Source: Macrostomum lignano (taxonomy: Eukaryota). Taken from it: 64,000 bases of DNA. Each line of letters opens with the position of its first letter. The stretch's first letter is position 1. Made by a program: the position numbers and the translations under genes. The DNA is taken from contig NIVC01001022.1 in assembly GCA_002269645.1 (NCBI GenBank), positions 310,001 to 374,000 on the forward strand, in the 5' to 3' direction. Positions 60,840 to 64,000 of this stretch are shown one piece after another. The notes under the pieces are model-generated. The model searched no databases. It worked only from the letters and a program-made list of their open reading frames with translations, and had not been told where the DNA came from.

Positions 60840-61555
60840 AACGCTATAAGTTTTTGTTTGTTCTCGGTCACGGCGTACCTGATGTTTCGAACTTATTAAA
60901 TAAAACAAGCTGTTTTCCCCAACTGCTTTGTTCTGAAAAGTAAAAGTAGAGTACTGACTGCATTAAAACAATATCCAGCAGTAGTTATAACTTCAACAAG
61001 CGCAGGTCACTGTGAAACCCAAATACGCTCTTTTATTTTAGGCATAAACATATAAATTTCAAGCTCCAATTAAGATTTCTATGAACGCTCTCCGCAAATC
61101 AAACAGTCAAATCAATACTAAAAGCTAAAAAATACGATTGGCGTTTTAACGGATCAGTGAAAAAAATTAATTGGATTTTTCTAAGTTTAACTTATAGCTG
61201 TTTGTGATTTACGCACTAAGCTAGTAAAAAACAATCTAAAGTGTACAATTTTTTTAAAATTGGGAGAACTTGCGTTGAAGAAACTTTTAAAGAACCCCAA
61301 AATCGCAGGCACGCGTGAATGTCCGGAAAGTTCTGACAATTTTTTACACCACGTTTTTCACATTTTAAAATGAAACAAAATAAATTTAATGTGATCACAC
61401 AGTTTCTACTTGTACACTGTTTCGTCGCTTTGTACACTAGTCATGTGGGTTAAACAGCCCATACTTACCATGCACCGCATTACCACTTATTAACTCGCAA
61501 TTACATGCAACTCTCAATTATAGTCCAATTCCAAGCAGTTAGAATCGCTATTGAA

Positions 61556-62104
61556 CTAAATAGGAGCCGCGATACCGCGGAATTGCTGCTTAGCCGCGGC
61601 GGCGGAGCCCATCTCAAAGGTCACGAGCACGGCTCGCACCTTGAACGGCTCTCCGGCAGCTTGGGCAGCTGCGTTGGCAGCCGCTGGCAGCAATAGTAGA
61701 TCCTCAGGCCCATCGGCAGACTGCGGGCCATCATCGCTCGGTCGAGAAGACGAGTCCATTTCAACTCGGACAGGCGGCAGAGAGCGGTCCCTGGGCAGCA
61801 GGAACACTGCCGCCCGGTAGCCGCAACGCGATTCGCTCGGCCAGGCGCGCCGCATCGCCTCGGACAGTCCGGCCGGGGACACAGGCGGCTCGGACTCCGG
61901 CCAAGGATGCAGCAGCAAGCAAATTGGACGGCCAATATTTTCGGCCATGCTGATGGCGTTTACTACGGCATTTATGCCGGTCTTGCTTGCGCCGTGCTTG
62001 ATTAGATCTAATTCGCGACAGCTCAGGTTGCTGCCGGAGCTAACTAAGCAGCGGTTGTCGGCCAGGCAACCAAATATGCTCACCATGGCCAGAAGCTCGT
62101 CGAT
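61556..62104 (-). CDS. Hypothetical protein, exon 2 of a two-exon gene
   Basis: Minus-strand acceptor ctctcattag ending at 62105; IDELLAMVSIFGCL... open to stop at 61556; GC-rich, coding-like. Confidence 0.55.
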   Translation of the reverse strand: MDELLAMVSIFGCLADNRCLVSSGSNLSCRELDLIKHGASKTGINAVVNAISMAENIGRPICLLLHPWPESEPPVSPAGLSEAMRRAWPSESRCGYRAAVFLLPRDRSLPPVRVEMDSSSRPSDDGPQSADGPEDLLLLPAAANAAAQAAGEPFKVRAVLVTFEMGSAAAAKQQFRGIAAPI

Positions 62105-62334
62105 CTAATGAGAGCGGAGCAGCAGAGCGCCACGTTTTCTACTTCAAAAGTTAAAGCAAGAAGAGCCACAGGTGGTGATATTGCGCCCCTAGTGCTGTAC
62201 GAGCTATAGCGCTCAATGCATATGGGCTGAAGTATGTAAGAATAGTCTAAGCCTTTAAGGAAAATATTCAGAATCTGGAGTGAGATTAGTATAAGAAATC
62301 TGTAGGAGAGTGAGATTAAGAATTTGGGAAAGAT

Positions 62335-62835
62335 GTTTGAGAATCCAGGAGTGAGACCAGGACTATAAGAGTCAGATTGAGAATCCGTGAGTGAGACCAG
62401 GACAAGAGTCAGATTGAGAATCCAGAAGTGAGATCAGGACTCTGAGAGTCAGATTTAGAATCCAGGAGTGAGTCCAGGACTCTAAGAGTCAGATTAAATA
62501 TCCAGGAGTGAGACCAGGACTCTACGAGCGTAAAAGAGGCAGATTGAGAATCCAGGAGTGAGATTAGGACTCTGAGAGTCATATTGAGAATCCAGGAGTG
62601 AGATTAGGACTCAGAGTCAGATTGAGAATCCAGGAGTGAGATTAGGACTCAGAGTCAGATTGAGAATCCAGGAGTGAGACGAGGACTCTAAGAGTCAGAT
62701 TGAAAATCCAGGAGTGAGAACAGGACTCTACGAGCGTAAAAGAGTCAGATTGAGAATCAAGGAGTGAGATTAGGACTCTGAGAGTCATATTGAGAATGCA
62801 GAAGTGAGTCCAGGACTCTAAGAGTCAGATTAAGA
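62335..62835. repeat. ~40-bp minisatellite (GAGAATCCAGGAGTGAGATTAGGACTCTAAGAGTCAGATT)
   Basis: Tandem copies in the intron of the minus-strand hypothetical gene. Confidence 0.88.
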
Positions 62836-62839
62836 ATCC

Positions 62840-63125
62840 GGAGATTGACAATCCGGCAAGCGAGATTGACAATCCGGCTAGTGAGATTGACAATCCGGCT
62901 AATGAGATTCATAATCCGGCAAGTGAGATTGACAATCCGGCAAGTGAGATTGAGAATCCGGAAAGTGAGATTGACAATCCGGCAAGTGAGATTGACAATC
63001 CGGCTAATGAGATTGATAATCCGGCAAGTGAGATTGACAATCCGGCAAGTGAGATTGAGAATCCGGAAAGTAAGATTGACAATCCGGCAAGTGAGATTGA
63101 CAATCCGCAAGTGAGATTGAGAACT
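62840..63125. repeat. 21-bp minisatellite (GAGATTGACAATCCGGCAAGT)
   Basis: About 13 tandem copies directly after the 40-bp array. Confidence 0.9.
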
Positions 63126-63204
63126 CGGGATCGAGTGAGATGAATAATTAGACTCCCTGCAGAGAAACGCTTGAAAAAATGAAGACAATGGAACTTCTCC
63201 TAAC

Positions 63205-63384
63205 CTGCGAGCCATTCAGCGAGCTCTTCGAGAACTCCCCTTGGATGAGGCACCCATGGCTCAGCTTCAGCGGCAGCAGGCCGCACTCTTGCACGGCTGT
63301 CTGCAGCCAGTCCAGCGAATGGGCCGACTGTAGCGGCACTTGAACTTGAAGGCTCGACCAAAGCGTTTCGGTTGATTGTCGCAT
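63205..63384 (-). CDS. Hypothetical protein, exon 1 of a two-exon gene
   Basis: ATG at 63384 (MRQSTETLW...SLNGSQ); CAG|GTTAGG donor in phase 0, matching the phase-0 acceptor at 62104; joined product 242 aa. Confidence 0.45.
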
Positions 63385-64000
63385 CGTGTTTCGTTCAGTT
63401 TCAATTTTCTTATTTCTATGTTGCGAAATTGTCAATAAACAAGACGAGAAACGCGTCGCTCTCTTTAAGTTGATTCTGGCTGGCAAAGACGGGGACAGGT
63501 CACAGTTGGTTTTGTAACCCTAAGCCTGCCTATTCGAGGTCTTATCTATGCGAGGGGGTGGTGGGCGCGCGCGAAGGGATAGAGGGGTAAAAGTTAGTAC
63601 GCTAATTATACTGCAGCGATAAGGCTAATGTACATTGCAGCGCTAGATTGGATGAACACACTTGGATTGGCGGCGGGGAGGGGGGTTAAGAGAATGAAGT
63701 TGACTTGGCCGTTGAAATGGAGACGTTTAAGCTGTAAAGCCCTGTTCTGTCTGCCGTTTTTGTCGCACTTTAATAAACTAAACCAGTCTTTTTTATGCTT
63801 TGCTTATTTTGCGTATTGCGTGTTTACATTGCATTTTTCGTTCTCTGGATTGCACGAACCTCGGTCGGAACGGTGTGTTTCTTGTGACATTTTCGTTTGC
63901 CTGCAGACAGACAGCTGCAGCAGTGTAAAAGCAAAGGCTATATAAAAAATGCAGCAATGAAGATGCGAATAAATGCGTTCGTTATTTCTTATTTGTTTAG

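Noticed and set aside
61505-61696. Ankyrin-like words (ELLLSRGGGAH) on the plus strand
   Set aside because: No TPLH repeat pattern; it is the antisense shadow of the longer minus-strand ORF

Overview
Eukaryotic (invertebrate animal) genomic DNA with GT-AG introns, GC-rich exons rich in Q/A/S, and introns full of tandem repeats. The style suggests a free-living flatworm such as Macrostomum, but that is inference. Bases 611-39822 (+) carry the 3' part of a dystrophin gene. I could chain 14 exons with matching phases at every junction (6618 nt, 2205 aa + stop), covering spectrin-like repeats, WW, EF-hands, ZZ, syntrophin-binding sites and coiled coils; the N-terminal actin-binding part lies upstream of the window. 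The dystrophin introns also hold a large candidate alternative first exon (26370-27015), a short candidate first exon, a candidate 30-nt microexon, a tRNA with a serine-type body but a Leu (TAA) anticodon, two tRNA-derived SINE families and about 20 minisatellite/microsatellite arrays. Downstream are an intronless GnT-I/MGAT1-like GT13 glycosyltransferase, two tandem C-type lectin + PAN/apple genes, an intact mariner transposon (28-bp perfect TIRs, TA duplication, DD34D), a RASL10-like GTPase, an Ig-domain/mucin-stalk/GPI-tail surface protein gene and an unrecognised two-exon gene on the minus strand. There are no CRISPR arrays or rRNA. All family assignments come from recalled motifs, not database searches.
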